Positions 49,781 to 64,000 of a stretch of 64,000 nucleotides of DNA are shown in pieces. Position numbers and translations under genes: made by a program. Below the pieces are notes generated by a model. The model worked only from the letters and a program-made list of their open reading frames with translations. It was not told the origin of the DNA and made no database searches. The stretch comes from Podarcis liolepis (Eukaryota): NCBI GenBank assembly GCA_965112155.1, contig OZ218105.1; one strand, written 5' to 3'. Within the stretch, counting starts at the first letter, position 1. Each line of letters starts with the position of its first letter.

Positions 49781-51495
49781 AACAATGTAGAATGAGAAGC
49801 TTCTAAGAGCAGGCAAAGTAGGACATGTAGTCAGGTTGTGAAGAAAGGGAACTTGACTCCAGTCATTCATGGTATCCAGCTTCAGTCAGCTGACCCTGGA
49901 TTCTTGCTGCTCTACTCCAAGTAACCAGTGACGAGGGGCTGCTGAGGTTCAGGGAAAGTGGATTGCGTAAGGCAAACTAGAAAATTCACAGCAATGATGA
50001 GATTAGAAGTAGGGGTTCCAGACTCATAGTTCCTTCTTAGAGCTGCTATACTGCACTAGATCTCTAAGCTTCTGTGAAAGAATAAATACTAATAAAAACA
50101 GAACATAAATTTATTTTATGCTAGTGAATCCATTCTGTTCAGAGGGACACAATACCCATACATTTGAAAGTGTTTAACGTTCATCATTACTGTATCAGTT
50201 CTGCTTGAGATAATAAAATAGTCTTGCATCGGAAATATTTGCGTATGGGAATACATTTTCCCCATCAGTGCTGAATGTCGCTGTGACACACAACTGGCTC
50301 CCAATCAGTGTCTTCAAATCTTAATACAGGAATGCCAGAGGAACTGAATTTCATACTGAACTTATGGCTGATACGTAGCAGACTAGAATCGATGTAGTTG
50401 GGTGGTTGTCATTTGCTGGCATGGTGCTTTTATATATACATAGATCTGAATGATGCAATTGCATTTCTCAATTAACTCAATTGAAAACTTGGCAGTTAAC
50501 TTTTTGGAAGAAATGTTCAGCAGGACCTGCATAAGAACATATTGTCCTTAGCTTTTTATTTCACTATATAATAGATTGTCAGCCTGGCACTATATGATAG
50601 CAGGCAATGTGGGAGTGTGCATTTCCTCAAATTCTACATTGTTTGATGTTCTATAATTTCCATTAACATATTTATGACATTAATATATTTGAAATGTTAC
50701 ACTTCTGACCTCATAAGGGTTATCTAATATAGAAAATTGAGGGGTTTGGATTTCCCCTGACACTATACTGTTAAATGTTCTGTCATTTTTTATATTATAC
50801 AAAGGTTCAAAGAAACGTTTTTGACATTCATGGAATTTTGTCTTTTCAGTTGGAGAGAAATGTCAAATGAAACAAGGTTTTTTTTTATTTGCTGATAACT
50901 GAAAATTGTAAGATGGCTGGCATGTATAGAAGCCCCTTGTTTTCTTAACAAATTATATTACGTTTTGTAATTTTTGTTTACTAAGCAAACAGAGAACGCA
51001 TCTGTGGATCTGCCATCATGTACATTTGCCTGTTTGTACAACTGTGTAAATAGGACTTGGAGCAAACTAGAGCAAAATGTATGTGAAGCACTTTAGAGTG
51101 TTCAACATGCTGATTCAATGCTAAGTATTATTATTAAAGTCCAACAAGTATTATTATTATAAAATCCATTGTAATTTAATTATATGTCAACATTTTGCAT
51201 TTAATTTATGCAGATTATCTCTATGGGCAGTTTTGTTCCCTCTTTCTACTTCTGTTGTCTGCCACCTGAGAGCCAGAATTTCAATGAGCACCGAGACATA
51301 TGCATCGTGTCTACTTCAAGTACCATGTTACTTTCAATTATGAAAAACTAAATATTTTCCTTTGGTATGCACTTTTTTTTACTATTTTGAAAAGCAACCT
51401 ACAACACCAATTCTGCTTTACTTAGGATTCCCCTGGAAGAATGGTTTTCAAACTGGGTTAAAGGGGAATCTGTCATTCCTTGGATACTTATAAGG

Positions 51496-51870
51496 TAAAG
51501 GTAAAGGTAAAGGACCCTTGGACCATTAAGCCCAGTCAAAGGCGACTATGGGGTTGCGGTGCTCATCTCACTTTCAGGCCGAGGGAGCTAGTGTTTGTCC
51601 ACAGACAGCTTTCTGGGTCATGTGGCCAGCATGACTAAACCGCTCCTGGTGCAATGGAACACGGAGACGGAAACCAGAGTGCACAGAAACGCTGTTTACC
51701 TTCCCACCACAGCGGTATCTATTTATCTACTTGCGCTAGTGTGCTTTTGAACTGTTAGGCTGGGAGAAGCTGGGGAAAAACAATGGGAGCTTACGCCCAT
51801 TGCATGGATTCAAACTGCTGACCTTCTGATTGGCAAGCCCAAGAGGATCAGTGGTTTAGACCACAGCACC
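51496..51870 (-). mobile_element. Sauria-type SINE, slightly 5'-truncated
   Basis: (GGTAAA)n tail and family body. 10-bp TSD ACTTATAAGG at 51486-51495 and 51871-51880. Confidence 0.92.
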
Positions 51871-53272
51871 ACTTATAAGGAGACCCTAAATGAGAAGAAG
51901 ATCAGTAGTGGGCCAGCTTTTCTGAAACACAACTTTCCTACCAAAACAAATCTTCTCCCATAACATGCAGTCATGGGAGAATAGCAATGGTGCACTCTTC
52001 AAGCCTGACATATGCCATCTTACATTTGTGTGACTTTGTCCTCAGCTGATTTGTTTCCCTTCCTGTCAATTTCACAAAACAAAGCTCTTCCTCTGCTTTC
52101 CCTTCTGCACTGGGATCCCTCAGGGATCTGTTCCCAGCCACCTGCTATTCTCTATTTATACTTTGTTTCTAGATGACCTCATATCCTATACTGCAGATTG
52201 CAGTGCCAGCCAATGACAGTGCTCTACTGTAGAATTTTACCCCTACACCCAATGCTGCATTTCCAGTTCCAGTAATTAAGTCTACTTGGCTAGTTCATTG
52301 GCAACTCAAACCCAATATGTTCAAATTTAAATCTTCACTCCAAGCCATCCTCTTCTCAGATCCACTATCTATCCTGTTGATAAGGTATTTAGCCTTTATT
52401 TTATCTTTAAGTCTTCCTTCTCCAGCACTACCAATATTAATTCTGCCGTCAACTTATGTCACTTATCAATGTACAACATAGTGAAAATATAGCCCTTTCT
52501 CTCCCAAAAACTTAAACCAGATTTTCCTATGTCTCTACTGTGTTGAAATTTTTTTGTTCCACAACTCTGCAAAATATGCAAATGTGTTCCACTTCCCAGA
52601 TTATACCTCGTGAACAGTAATTCAATTCTCTTTCTTTCTCACACACACAACCCTCCACAATTCTCTTATAGTTGTTTGGAGTTTCAGATACCTAATTTAC
52701 CAAAGGATAAAGCCAAGGTGATTTATGCCAGCATCATTAGATACCAATCAGCATCAGAGATAATCTCTGTTGGACAACAATGCAAAATAAAATTTAATGA
52801 CAGTATTAAATTAGTCCCAAATGAACTGTATATCAGCACTTGTCCACCACTGACTTTTATTACAGGATAATACATACCTATTTTATTAAAGTTGCTTTGA
52901 ATTATCGCTTGTTTATGCGACACCTATGCCTGCATCAAGATAGCACAGAGCATACCAAGGGAGCTTTTTATTTTAAAGGCCTAAAATATGAGATGATGAA
53001 ATTGGTCTGAGAAGACAAATCCCTGAAACAATCCGCATATTATGGTAAAGTTATTCACATTCAATAGCTTATAAGGCTGTCTCATAAATAAAATACACAC
53101 TGTATTTTATTCTTTTTTCTCTCCTATGGGTTCATAATATGAAATGCTAGACAATAATGTTTACACTTTCAAATATATTACTGACTTTTCTCTCAAATAA
53201 AATATCTACCTATTTGAAATGTGAGAGAAACAATGCAAATATATACCCTAAATTCTGTGAGTAACAGGCACA

Positions 53273-53619
53273 TAAAAAGGTCCCCTGACCATTAGGTCCA
53301 GTCGTGACCGACTCTGGGGTTGCGGCGCTCATCTCGCTTTATTGGCCAAGGGAGCTGGCGTACAGCTTCCGGGTCATGTGACCAGCATGACTAAGCCGCT
53401 TCTGGCGAACCAGAGCAGCGCACGGAAACACCTTTTACCTTCCCGCCGGAGCGGTACCTATTTATCTACTTGCACTTTGATGTGCTTTCGAACTGCTGTG
53501 TTGGCAGGAGCAGGGACCGAGCAACAGGAGCTCACCCAGTCGTGGGGATTCGAACCGCCAACCTTCTGGTCGGCAAGTCCTAGGCTCTGTGGTTTAACCC
53601 TCAGCGCCACCCACATCCC
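53273..53619 (-). mobile_element. Sauria-type SINE, young CpG-rich copy
   Basis: Family body with retained CpGs; B-box-like GGTTCGAATCCC on the minus strand. Confidence 0.92.
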
Positions 53620-54987
53620 AGGGCTGCCATACGTCTGGATAAGACGTACAAGAACAGTCAGAAACAGAAAAAGCCATTGAAAACAATAAAACGTTAACAT
53701 AATTAAAGCATAACAAAAGCAGCATGGCACCAGCCCCCTCATGAAAAGCAGTCAGTTTTCAAAAGCCTTGTTGGAATAAAGGGATCTTCACTTGCTAGTG
53801 GAAGGTTCCTTATTCCTCACATGCAAGATAAAGTTTAAACTATAGGTTGGAGCAAGTTGAGTTGGTTCCCTCTGAAGAAAAAAAATTATGACTAAACTTT
53901 TAGATTTCCCCCTTTCCTCCCTATCATCTAAGACAGAAAATATAGAATGACCATGCAATTACAAGGTGTCCAGAATAGCTGAACACTCCAGTTCTTAATA
54001 GCAATACAATGAAGACAAGCTATTCAAAGACAACTCTTTTGTCTTCTCTTCATTTAATATTGTCTTGAAATTCTCTTTGCTGTGTGTTTTGAAGACTAGC
54101 TATTAATCTGTCAATAATTCATGCAGAGCCAGGAAATATCAAACCGTGGGTTTAGAAAATAGCACAGGCACTGCGCTGTCTTGGTAGCCTGTCGAGAGAT
54201 TATTTTTAATTCAGTGAAATGTCCAAGTCTTATATGAGACTATTCTCTTTCAGCAAGAAGGTACAGCAGATTCAGATTGGAAATCTCAGCTGGAGCTAAA
54301 TTTGCCATCCAAGCAATCCATAAACAGGGAAACAAGTGAACTTTCCCTAGCTGTTCCACATAGAAATGTGGGAAATATGGAGAAGGAAACACAACACAAG
54401 CTATATCTTTAATCACATAAGCATTAAGCAACAGCTATTGTCAGTGGGTCTTTGAATATCCATTTACAAAAGAGAAAGGTAGAGGCATCCAAATCAGACC
54501 AACCAAATGAAGAACAAGATCTACAGTTTGAAACCCTTGTTCAGTGACTGCCTATACCCGCACAGAGAATTACATTCTTCACTAAAGTCCCAGAATTCCC
54601 CTGGTTTAAAGTGGTCTTTGTGCTCCAGACATGTACCTTCTCTTCCCTTTTCTTTTTGCTTCTGGCCTTAGTTCACACTCTTTGCAGTTTTATATCTCCA
54701 AATTTGAAATAACTACAAATCTGAAATATCCTCAGGCTCCAACTTGGTTTCTGCTTTCTGACAGTATAGTTATCTACACAGCTATCTGGTTTTTGACGTT
54801 GCTTGTGTCCCGTGGTTGCTGAGGTTCTACATTCTTCTATCAAATGAAGCCTTGGGTGAAAGACAGTCATGCTAACTTGCTTTGTGATGTTGTATCAAGC
54901 CAAACATACGTAAGTTCTAGTGTTCTTTGAAAGTACAGTAATGCAGAAAGTACAGGAAAGTGAAGCAGCAGCAAAGGAAAACCATAG

Positions 54988-55200
54988 TTTAGGACCACAA
55001 TACCTCAAGGACCACCTCTCCCCATATGGACCAGCCTGGAAACTACAGTCCTCATCGGAGGTCCTTCTTTGTGTGCCCCACCCAAGGAAAGTATGGAGGG
55101 TGGTCAGACATGAGGGGGCCTTTTAAGTAGGGGCCTCCCATCTGTGGAATGCTCTCCTCGGGGACCTGTGCCTGGCACCATCCTTGTCAATCTTAAGGCT
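54988..55200 (+). mobile_element. Old L2 3' fragment
   Basis: LGPQYLKDHLSPY.P...L.SS.E.LL.VP, then AGGGGGCCTTTT...CCCATCTGTGGAATGCTCTCC. Confidence 0.7.
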
Positions 55201-58200
55201 AACAATATATAGAAACCCATTGCTTTCTTAAGTCAGGATTATAAATCCTTGGCTATTTTAGCAAAATAAAAAGTGGTAGGAAAATATGCTGGGGAAACCT
55301 TGGACCCATGGCATAGGCTTATGCTGACTACTGCCTAGTCTCTTTTAAACCCATTTTTGGACAAGATGAGTAGAAGGGAAACTTAGTGGTTGCTGAAAAA
55401 GAATGGATTAATGGAAGGAGGACCATTTATCAATGCGTTCCTTTGCATGTGTGGCTTATCCACTCCGTTAAGGAAGTGCATATATAAGTGCCAAGCAGAA
55501 CAGTTTCATGAACTTTCCACAAGCAAATGCACATGAAATTTCTTTTTTTAAAAAAATTATGACCATCATCACTATAATGACATGAGATTACCAGAATGCA
55601 ACTTCTACGCAAGGTATGAGATACGCAGAAAATTGTCCACGTAAGGCAGTGTGACATAAAACCAGCCTTGGTTTCTTCAGCTTCTTCAGCCTAAGCCTAA
55701 GTGATTACTGTGTCACTACTTTATGAACCTCATTAAAAGCTGCCTACATTTAATAAGTACTGTTTCCTTTATGTACTTTATCCATCTTTAACTACTTGCT
55801 TACCTTAAGTAAGAGAGAATATATGTTCCACATTTATTTCAAATAGTGATTTTCTAAAATTCTAGATTTCTATTTCTCTTTGTAAATGCTTATTGGCTTC
55901 TAGAAAAATGTTCTTATTGGGATGATGAAATGTGATCCTGGTGTACTTTTATCAATCTTGAGCCCCTATTATAAACATAGGTCATGTTGTCTTGACTATA
56001 AAAGAGTGTTTTAAAAGACAAAATTCCATTTAGCCATTTTATCTTGTGTCTGTGCTCAAAATCTGGCATCAATCTGGCATAAAGACCCTGACCTGCTTTT
56101 ATAAATTCTTCTGTTGCTTAAGTCACTTACACATAAAATAGTCATTCAACATATATAACATTGCAATGTGTTTAAGTGGAAATGAATTTCCATAGACTTT
56201 TTGTTGAAATACAATAGGGCATACTATAAAAGGTCCTCTTTGTACCAAATGCATCAAGAGCTGCACAGTGCTCATTAGAGTAAAGTGCACAAATGGTAAT
56301 AGGAAGCAACTAGCAACTGCTTGCACATGAAATCATTTGTGACTGAAGTTATTTAATATTTGCTGGCTCTCAGTGTGCTATGCAAAATTACTGAAGCACA
56401 CAAAAGTAGCTCTTTGGCCTGGGGGTGAAAGAGCACAGCAGATTGAACAGGCTTGTTGCTTTCTCTGAAATAAAAAATAAAACAAACTACTTTAAGACGC
56501 TTTCCCAAAGTCAGCATTAAAACAAACAAAGAATCCCCGCCCCCTACAAAACTGTTTTTTGATTTCTTTAATTAAACTGGATGGGGAAGGGATTGCAGAA
56601 GTAGAGCAGAAAGCAAGTACTATTTCACAGAAACTTATTTTTCTGCTTCTTTGAAACTTTAGGTAGAGGGACGGGGGTGGGGAAAGTAGGTCTATACTCT
56701 TAACAGAAATGAGATGAAAAGAAAACTTCAGTTAGAAATAAAAGCAGCGGGAAACAGAAATAAAAAAATGGTACAATGCTGTGTAAGCTGGTATAAAAAG
56801 GGAGAGAAAAAGAGAAGAGTTAAAATCATAAGCAGGCATGAAATTTCAGTTAGGTAACAGAGAATTTAAATTCAATGAAATATAAGGATAACTGTAGGAA
56901 TCATTTAGATGAAATTATGTAAGTTTTGAAGCTCCATCCTCCCCTAGTTTGAATATGTGCTGGCCCAAAATAATTGAAATTAAAAATACATTTAGTTGGG
57001 ACACAATTATTTAAATACTTTAGCAGACTTTCTAATCAAACATTTTAGCATCAGATTTAGGTATCCTCCTTATTTAATCACCACTGCATCTGCCCATCCT
57101 TCATATTAGCGGTAGAGTGGGACAGGAGAAATATGGCTACCTGCAGTGTCCAATGTAGTGGCGTGAGGGAAAAGTGGATTGGTTAGGTAAGACTCAAAAG
57201 AAGCAGGATAAAGAGAAGTGGGGTGGCATCCTATTCCATCACATCTCACTTCGAGTATGACTACCTGTATTGTTTCATCTCAGTGAAGAATAGGACCTTC
57301 AGGGAAGAAGAAATGTGAATCAGGACTGCAGCACAGGGGGAAATGTTTCTGTTCCTGTCACATCTGGAACTTAGTGCAGTGGGTAACAATTGAAATAAAT
57401 TCAAATTCAAATATAAGCCACAATTACTGAAGGGTTTCCAAACATCAGGACATACGACCCTTTACATTCAGCTGCAGCCATCTCCTGTTCCTCTCAGTCT
57501 TCACCACAAAGGTCAATAGATTCCCTACTTTAAATCAAATGTACTACCTCATTCTTCTACTTTTTGTTTAATATTTTGGCAGTTGATATGAAGGGTAGGA
57601 TTTCCCATTGTACATGAGGGAATTTTTTAGAGATAGGCAAGACCTCCTGAGCTCCCCTGAAATCACATACACCCCCCACCCCTGAATTCTGAACCAGGAT
57701 GGAAGGCCTGTTAAATTCACTGGAAGAAGGTTCGGGAGTTTGCTAGAGTGGTTCTATCAAGTCCCTGAAGTTTGTTTCTGAGCCACGCTCAGAACTTTGC
57801 TGGCATCCTTAGGCATTTCCAAACTCACACAAAGTAAGAAGGAAAGTCAAGAGTTGCATGGAACTTCATATATGCAACTAAGCCCCATGGATCTCTGGCC
57901 TCTGGCGACAATAATTTCTTATAGGTTCATTGATGGAAATCCTCTAAGCATTTTAAATATTTATCTAAAAATGTTATTCAAAGCAGTTGTGTTTCCTGAA
58001 AAAACAAAAACAAAAAAATACAGTGGAGCAAAAACTACAAGCATCCAAGCTTCTTCCTCAAAATTCCCAGAACATTTTGCACCTACTAGATCAGGATTTA
58101 GATTCCAATGAATGAAGGCAAACAAGGTTTGCTCAGGGGCAGATTGCTTTCATTTCTATGGAACATTTAAAAATCTGAAAATGTTTACGTCCTGTTTCCT

Positions 58201-59603
58201 ACAGCAGTGTCACCTGGGGTGAGTCCTTAGTAGACAGTCCTGCATGTACCTCACTTTAACTTCTCTGTAAAGGAGCAGAAAATAAAAGTATATGAATGGA
58301 TTGCTAAACTAACATGCTTGTGTGAACATTCTCTCCACACCTTCCCAGCTAGAGACTGGCATCTCCCCCAAAATCAAGTGCCACAAATACGTGAGACCTA
58401 CCAGTGTCTTGCCTTACACTGTGAATCAATGCTGGTAACCAACACTGCTGCCCTTCCATTTGCACTTTGGGGAAATTCCCCTATAAGGTTTTTTTGGGGA
58501 GGGGATGTTAAAACAAATTTGCTCATTCTGTACATAAAACTGACAACTCCTGATTGCTTTCTGTGGAGCCCAAAGAGCAAAAGTGACAAAACACCTGAGG
58601 AAAAGATTCAAGGTGTTCTCAACACAGCTTTCTTTTTCTACTCAGGGTATTGAAATCTAAAAAGAAACCTGCAGCAAACTGAACAAACCACATTTCACTG
58701 TACTGCCCCTGATTCTGGGTCAAACTCAACAACCTATCAGCATGCAGGAGCCAGATGCTTTTCTCTGGTTCACAAATCCACTAGAATTTAATTCTTATAT
58801 CACAATTGGCACTTCAAGCATATACACTTCTAAAGCTCAGCATTCGGGAACCTACTCTTATTCTCAGTCTTTCAACGTTTTCTGTTGCTGAAATTTCTTT
58901 TGTCAGAAGAACCTTCTTTTCTGAAAGGTTTTATTTGTTACTTTTTTGTGTAGCCCTTTAAGCTGCTGCAAAGGTAGAGATGTGTACTGGATGCAGTGCT
59001 TCTGCTGTGCTAACAGCTCTGGCAGGGTAACTCAAGTAGACCCAAGAAGTTATAGTAGTGGATCTCTGTATGCCAAGCCCCTGAGTGAATGAGCGCTGTT
59101 GGGGGAATTTTGTGGTGAAGGGATGGTGGTGTTTCATGGCACAGATGCTACTGAAGAGAAAACAAGTGTAGGAAAAGATGCACGAGGTGGCTGGTACATT
59201 ATTCATCTATTATACTCATTTCTATACCACAAAGCTCAGATAAAATTCACCTATGTGATGGCGGTAAAATAACCCTCAATTAAAATCACAACGGAGCACT
59301 GAAACCAAAGCAAAACACATTAAGGAAACAGAAATAAAGAATGGGTCATCTTACAAGACGGTTATTTAAAATGGTAAATAATTTTCGTAAGAAGCCTTGC
59401 TGAAAGAAACAAGTCTGAAGCTGGCACCTAGAACTCATTGCAGATGGTGCCAGCTTAATCTGATTACACAGAGAGTTCCACAACCTATGCAAACACACCA
59501 AACACACAGTTTCTTTTTGAGGACAGTCAGGTCAGATATGGGTATAAGGAATAAGGTGATCTTATAAGCATACTGGCCCCAGATAGTTTAGGACTTTATA
59601 TGC

Positions 59604-60250
59604 TGTTATGAGTTTGGGGTGTTAACTTGAGTGCCAGACTCTTCTAATTGCTGGATCCAGCAAGTGTTAAAATTCACTCAAGGCATATATATATATATTT
59701 TTAAGCCAGGCTAGCTTCCTAGTCAGGTGCAAAGAGAACAAAGGTGTATTAAGGGGCTTGGTGTGAGAAGGCAAATGGGTGAATCATAGAATCATAGAAT
59801 CATAGAGTTGGAAGAGACCACAAGGGCCATCGAGTCCAACCCCCTGCCAAGCAGGAAACACCATCAGAGGACTCCTGACATATGGTTGTCAAGCCTCTGC
59901 TTAAAGACCTCCAAAGTAGGAGACTCCACCACGGGTGGGGCCGCTTTCTCAACCAGAAGTTAGAGCAAAGAGTTTTAGAGGTGATCTAGAAGTAAAGCGG
60001 CAAGCAAGGGAGCCATGCCAGATCTCTGCTTGAATCCAAGGTTGTGGCTATGGGAGAAGCAAGAGTTTCTTAGGGTGTTAATGCTGCGAACCCCTCCTTC
60101 ATGGGCTCAGGTTGTATACATGTGTAAATATATCCTAAAATCACCATAGTCTCCTCTGTGCCTCATTCCAAATGGAAACACAAACCCTGGGTAAGCACTA
60201 GGAACCTCTGGAATCTCACACCACTTGGGAGACTGGGGTGGAGTGCAACT
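59604..60250 (+). mobile_element. Solo-LTR-like element
   Basis: Begins TGTT and ends GCAAC(T). It interrupts the L2, whose sequence resumes at 60251. Possible 4-bp TSD ATGC/ATAC. Confidence 0.5.
59782..59931 (-). mobile_element. CR1 3' end inserted in the solo LTR
   Basis: (AATCATAG)3 tail followed by AGTTGGAAGAGACCACAAGGGCCATCGAGTCCAACCCCCTGCC. GGGTG occurs on both sides. Confidence 0.85.
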
Positions 60251-63200
60251 ATACTATAAGTAAGACCATGAAGGGTATTGCCAGCCAGTGCAGGTCCATC
60301 AGTACTGATGTTATATGTTGTTGGTAATCAATGCCTGATAAGAATCAGGCTGCAAACCAGCCTCAAGGGTAACCCTACATAGAACACATTACAATGGTCT
60401 ATTCTTTTTAGGTTACCCGTGCCAAACTATCCTGATTCAAGAATGGTCACAGCCTGAAAGGCACTTAGGTAACCTGAGCCTCAAACAGCAAAGCTGGGTC
60501 AATATGTCCCCCACCCCAACTGTGAACTTCACACAGAGTTCAGAACAAGAAACTGGCTGATCTTCTGAACACAGGAACCACTCACCTACAATGTTTTCAT
60601 CTTGCCAGTGTTTACACTCAATTTAAACTCAATTAATTGGCCCTCATCCAGTCTGCAATTGCATCCAGGTTCCATTCCAGAACTGGCACACACTCACCTA
60701 ATTTTGATGTTATGGAGAAACAGAGCTGGGTGTCACCAGCATATTTGTTACACCATCCCCTAAAACTCCTAGTGACCATTTAAACATTTTAATAATAGTA
60801 ATTTTCTTTAGTGACCACTTCTGCAGATCCCCTGTGATGCCAAGTGGTTCTTGATCCATTCAGGACCGCTGTCCCATGTGTCCTTTTTAAAGAATTAAAA
60901 TCAGGCCACACCTACTTTTATACTTTGACCATTACACTTCAGCAACACCAACACCCTGTGTCCCCCAAAGGATTGGCCATGAATAAGTAAGGCCCCCAGA
61001 TGCTGGTCATCTGCCTTACAACAACAAATCAACTAGATGTTAAAAGCTCATTCAAAATAAAAATGTTTTCAAAAGCCATCCAAAACAGACCTCCAATGGT
61101 AAGATACTCCACAGTCATGCCACAACCAGTGAACAGGCTCTGTCTCTTGTTCTGACATGTCTACTCCAGTGCTACTGTGAGGAGAAAATTCTTGAGGTTT
61201 AAATGTTAGCATTAGCACTTTTAAATGAAAAATGAATAGGCAGCTAGCATAGACGAATTGAGTTTAGAGCTTTATGCTTCATTCTTCATGCCCCAGTTAA
61301 TAATCTGGCGACTGCACTTTGGAAGTTTTCAGAGTATTTTAAAAGATAGCAATGTGTAGAGAATATTGTACTATCTAGTCAGGAAGTGACTAATGCTGCG
61401 ATCTTAAGAAACATGCCAGGAATAAGCCCCATTGAACAAAACAGGACTTGCTTTGGGGTAAACAAGCATGGGATTATGACGTGAGGTATGGATAACTAAC
61501 ACTATTTCCATCTCTTCCATGAAAGACCAAAGCTCTAAATGCATGCAGTAGCAACTTTATTTTTAGAGGGTTGTTTTTTTAAAAAAACAAACCTCTAGTC
61601 TTCTCCAACTTTGAAGTTGCTGTTTTTTAAAAAACGAAAAACAAAACCCTGTCTGAATGACAAATCAGTTGCTCCCTTAAGAGAAAATATAATTTGGATG
61701 CCAATCTAAAATATGTAGACTATAGTAAACCTTATGATTTATTTTCATTGCACAATCTTAATTCACCTATTTCATCAACATAAAATTCAGAATGCAAGAT
61801 TAGTCATACCTGCCTACATCATACCTGTTTGTTTATAAACTAAACTAAAATATTATTGCTTTAGCTCCACCATTTCTGGCAAGAAAGCACTCTTTTCAAA
61901 ACCAGCAAAGAAACCACCGAGCACGTCCCTAATTACTTTGTACCATACCTTTCAATGAAGTCTTAGCACAGATTTAAGAATGGTTGGATAGCTGAGATCT
62001 GATCCATACATTTTGGACTACCACTGCTGACTGGGCTGATGAGACTTGCCTTCCAAATAATTAAGAGAATACCAGGTTGCAAAAGCTAGCTCCTGGTGGA
62101 ACCTACTAAAGCATAGGAGGTTATTGTATACTGTTAAAAATAACTACCAATAGATGTTAACTGACAACTTTCTCACAGTCAAGTTCCAGCTGGACACTAC
62201 AAATCTCTACCCTGAGGCAAAGAAAAACTGCCTGGGGGAAAATGCTACTGCAAGTGATTGTGACATACTGTCTTGTTTGGATGAAAATTCCAATGTCAAG
62301 ATCATCTTCTGGAAGCTACCAATAGAGCAAACACAGCATCAAAGATTTAACCATCTCAAACAGAAATGAAAAATCATTTTTGATTATCTTTATTTATTTT
62401 ACCTTCTTTTATGCTTTTGCATAAAAGCATTCATTTATTGGAATCTTTGGAATTCAACAGGAAACACTACTGATGTTTTTGTTCTACCCCAACAGATCTG
62501 AAAAGCAAAATTTAAAAACAATAACTAAATTTCCTACCTTTTCTGATCCTATTTCAGTTCAGGAACTCAAAGTATAAAAGAAAACTCAAATAATCTTAGC
62601 TACCGTCTGAAGTATAATAATAGAACATTATAGGCTCTGGTTTGAGTCTAGCCCGACCATGTTTTTGAAAGAAAATGGTTTTAGCAAAAGTTCTCTCATC
62701 AGCAGAATCCTTCATGTCCTTGCTACTGTTTAGAAAGTTCTTCTAAGATGGGATAAATGCCAGGGTTAAGGACCAAAGTCCATAATTGTTTAAGGGCTTT
62801 TCCACTAACAGACTTTATGCTTTCAGACTTTATGTTTTCAGTCTTGAGTCTTCTAGCTATTGTCTGCCACTGAATTCTTTTCAATGTATTAGCAAACTGC
62901 AGAACTTGCATCGCTAATTATGCACGTTATCTCAGATGTTCTGCAAGAACTTTCAAGGTAAGAGCCGATAAGAGCAAACTTCTCTTCTAAATTATATATG
63001 TATCCAACACTGTGTGAGTGGAAGGCTAGCATGTGCAATTAATCCCCCCTCCTTATCCTCCCCCAACAGTCCTCAAAAAGCATCTCCAGAAGGTTGGGAG
63101 GTCCCAACAAGACCTGTGAACTGTGTCACTCAGGACCACAGATAGTGGGGTGGAATATCCTGAAATCAGGCAGAGGACCATCCAGGGCAATCCAGTTTCA

Positions 63201-64000
63201 GGCCATTGCCCCCTCCCCCTACAACCCCATATGACCCAACATGCAATGTTTGCTAGGTCCTCCTGATCTTCTGCAGAGGCTTTTAAAGCAACAGGGACCT
63301 GCATGGGGAAGGAGGAGAAGGGAAAGATCTGTTGCACACTGCCCTTTCTTTGTACAATATTGGATGCCATCCACAGTATATAAGTCAAAATGAATGAGGA
63401 GATATATATTTTTGGAGGCAAGTGCAATATCTCATGTTGCGCAAAAAAATGTTTAAATCATAGCGGAACATCAGTTTCCAGAAAAGGTATATGTCTGCCC
63501 TCTAGACCTTCTTGATAGATTTAAAAGAAGGTCATAACTGCCAGAACACTTCTAATGGAAATGAGAATCTTATTCAAACTAGTGTTCTGTCACTGCTCTC
63601 CTACAATAAACAAAGAGTGCATGTTTTGTCAGGTCTGGAATCAAGCAACTGCTTATTAAAATGCATTTTTGTTACCAAGAGGCTCTTACAGCATCCTCTA
63701 CATTTAAATAATGCTGACAAAACAATTCTACTTGTTTCGTTGGCATTTATCTTAACAACTGTCATAAAGAATGCACCATGCCTGCAAAAAAGTGCCCTAT
63801 TAAATTGTAACAGTCTATCAAAGGGTGTCATTGATTGTTAGAAGGAGATTCTTGTCTTCACTGTAAACAGATAAACCAAAGAACAATAAAAGCTGTATAT
63901 GTGTTTACTACTGGCCATAACAGCCAGTCAATATGTTAAACTACTGATATGTTTGCTGCCCTGGTGTTCTGCACCTTGACTTGACTCACTGCCCAGCAGT

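Larger units (their letters stand above)
59220..60800 (-). mobile_element. Old L2 fragment interrupted by a solo-LTR-like element
   Basis: Decayed L2 motifs on both sides (AGAGAGTTCCACAACCT; GGCCCCAGATAGTTTAGGACTTTATA; AGAGCTGGGTGTCACCAGCATA, the inverse of a YADD-like segment). Confidence 0.5.

Overview
AT-rich vertebrate genomic DNA, most likely from a squamate and probably a lacertid lizard. This is inferred from Sauria-type SINEs with (ACCTTT)n tails, BovB, L2 with (TAT)n tails and squamate-type MITEs. It reads as intronic or intergenic: I recognise no host protein-coding exon, and almost all ORF-track entries are noise or repeat-derived. The only substantial coding sequence is a Chapaev3-like (CMC-type DDE) DNA transposon at 31922-33813, with long imperfect TIRs and a transposase broken by one nonsense codon and an apparent N-terminal deletion. 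Other notable structures are (i) a 1.9 kb composite 'Pack'-like hAT unit (28611-30533) with perfect 17-bp TIRs, a perfect 8-bp TSD, an extra internal left end and GC/CpG-rich cargo; (ii) a tailless 26-nt U6 snRNA 5' fragment between 20-bp direct repeats inside an internally deleted BovB; (iii) several nested or abutting insertions; and (iv) a cluster of RFX X-box-like motifs around a perfect 56-bp microsatellite palindrome and a candidate short first exon. Repeat family names come from pattern recognition, not database searches. I see no clear evidence of a wholly new biological system; the best leads are transposon-related.
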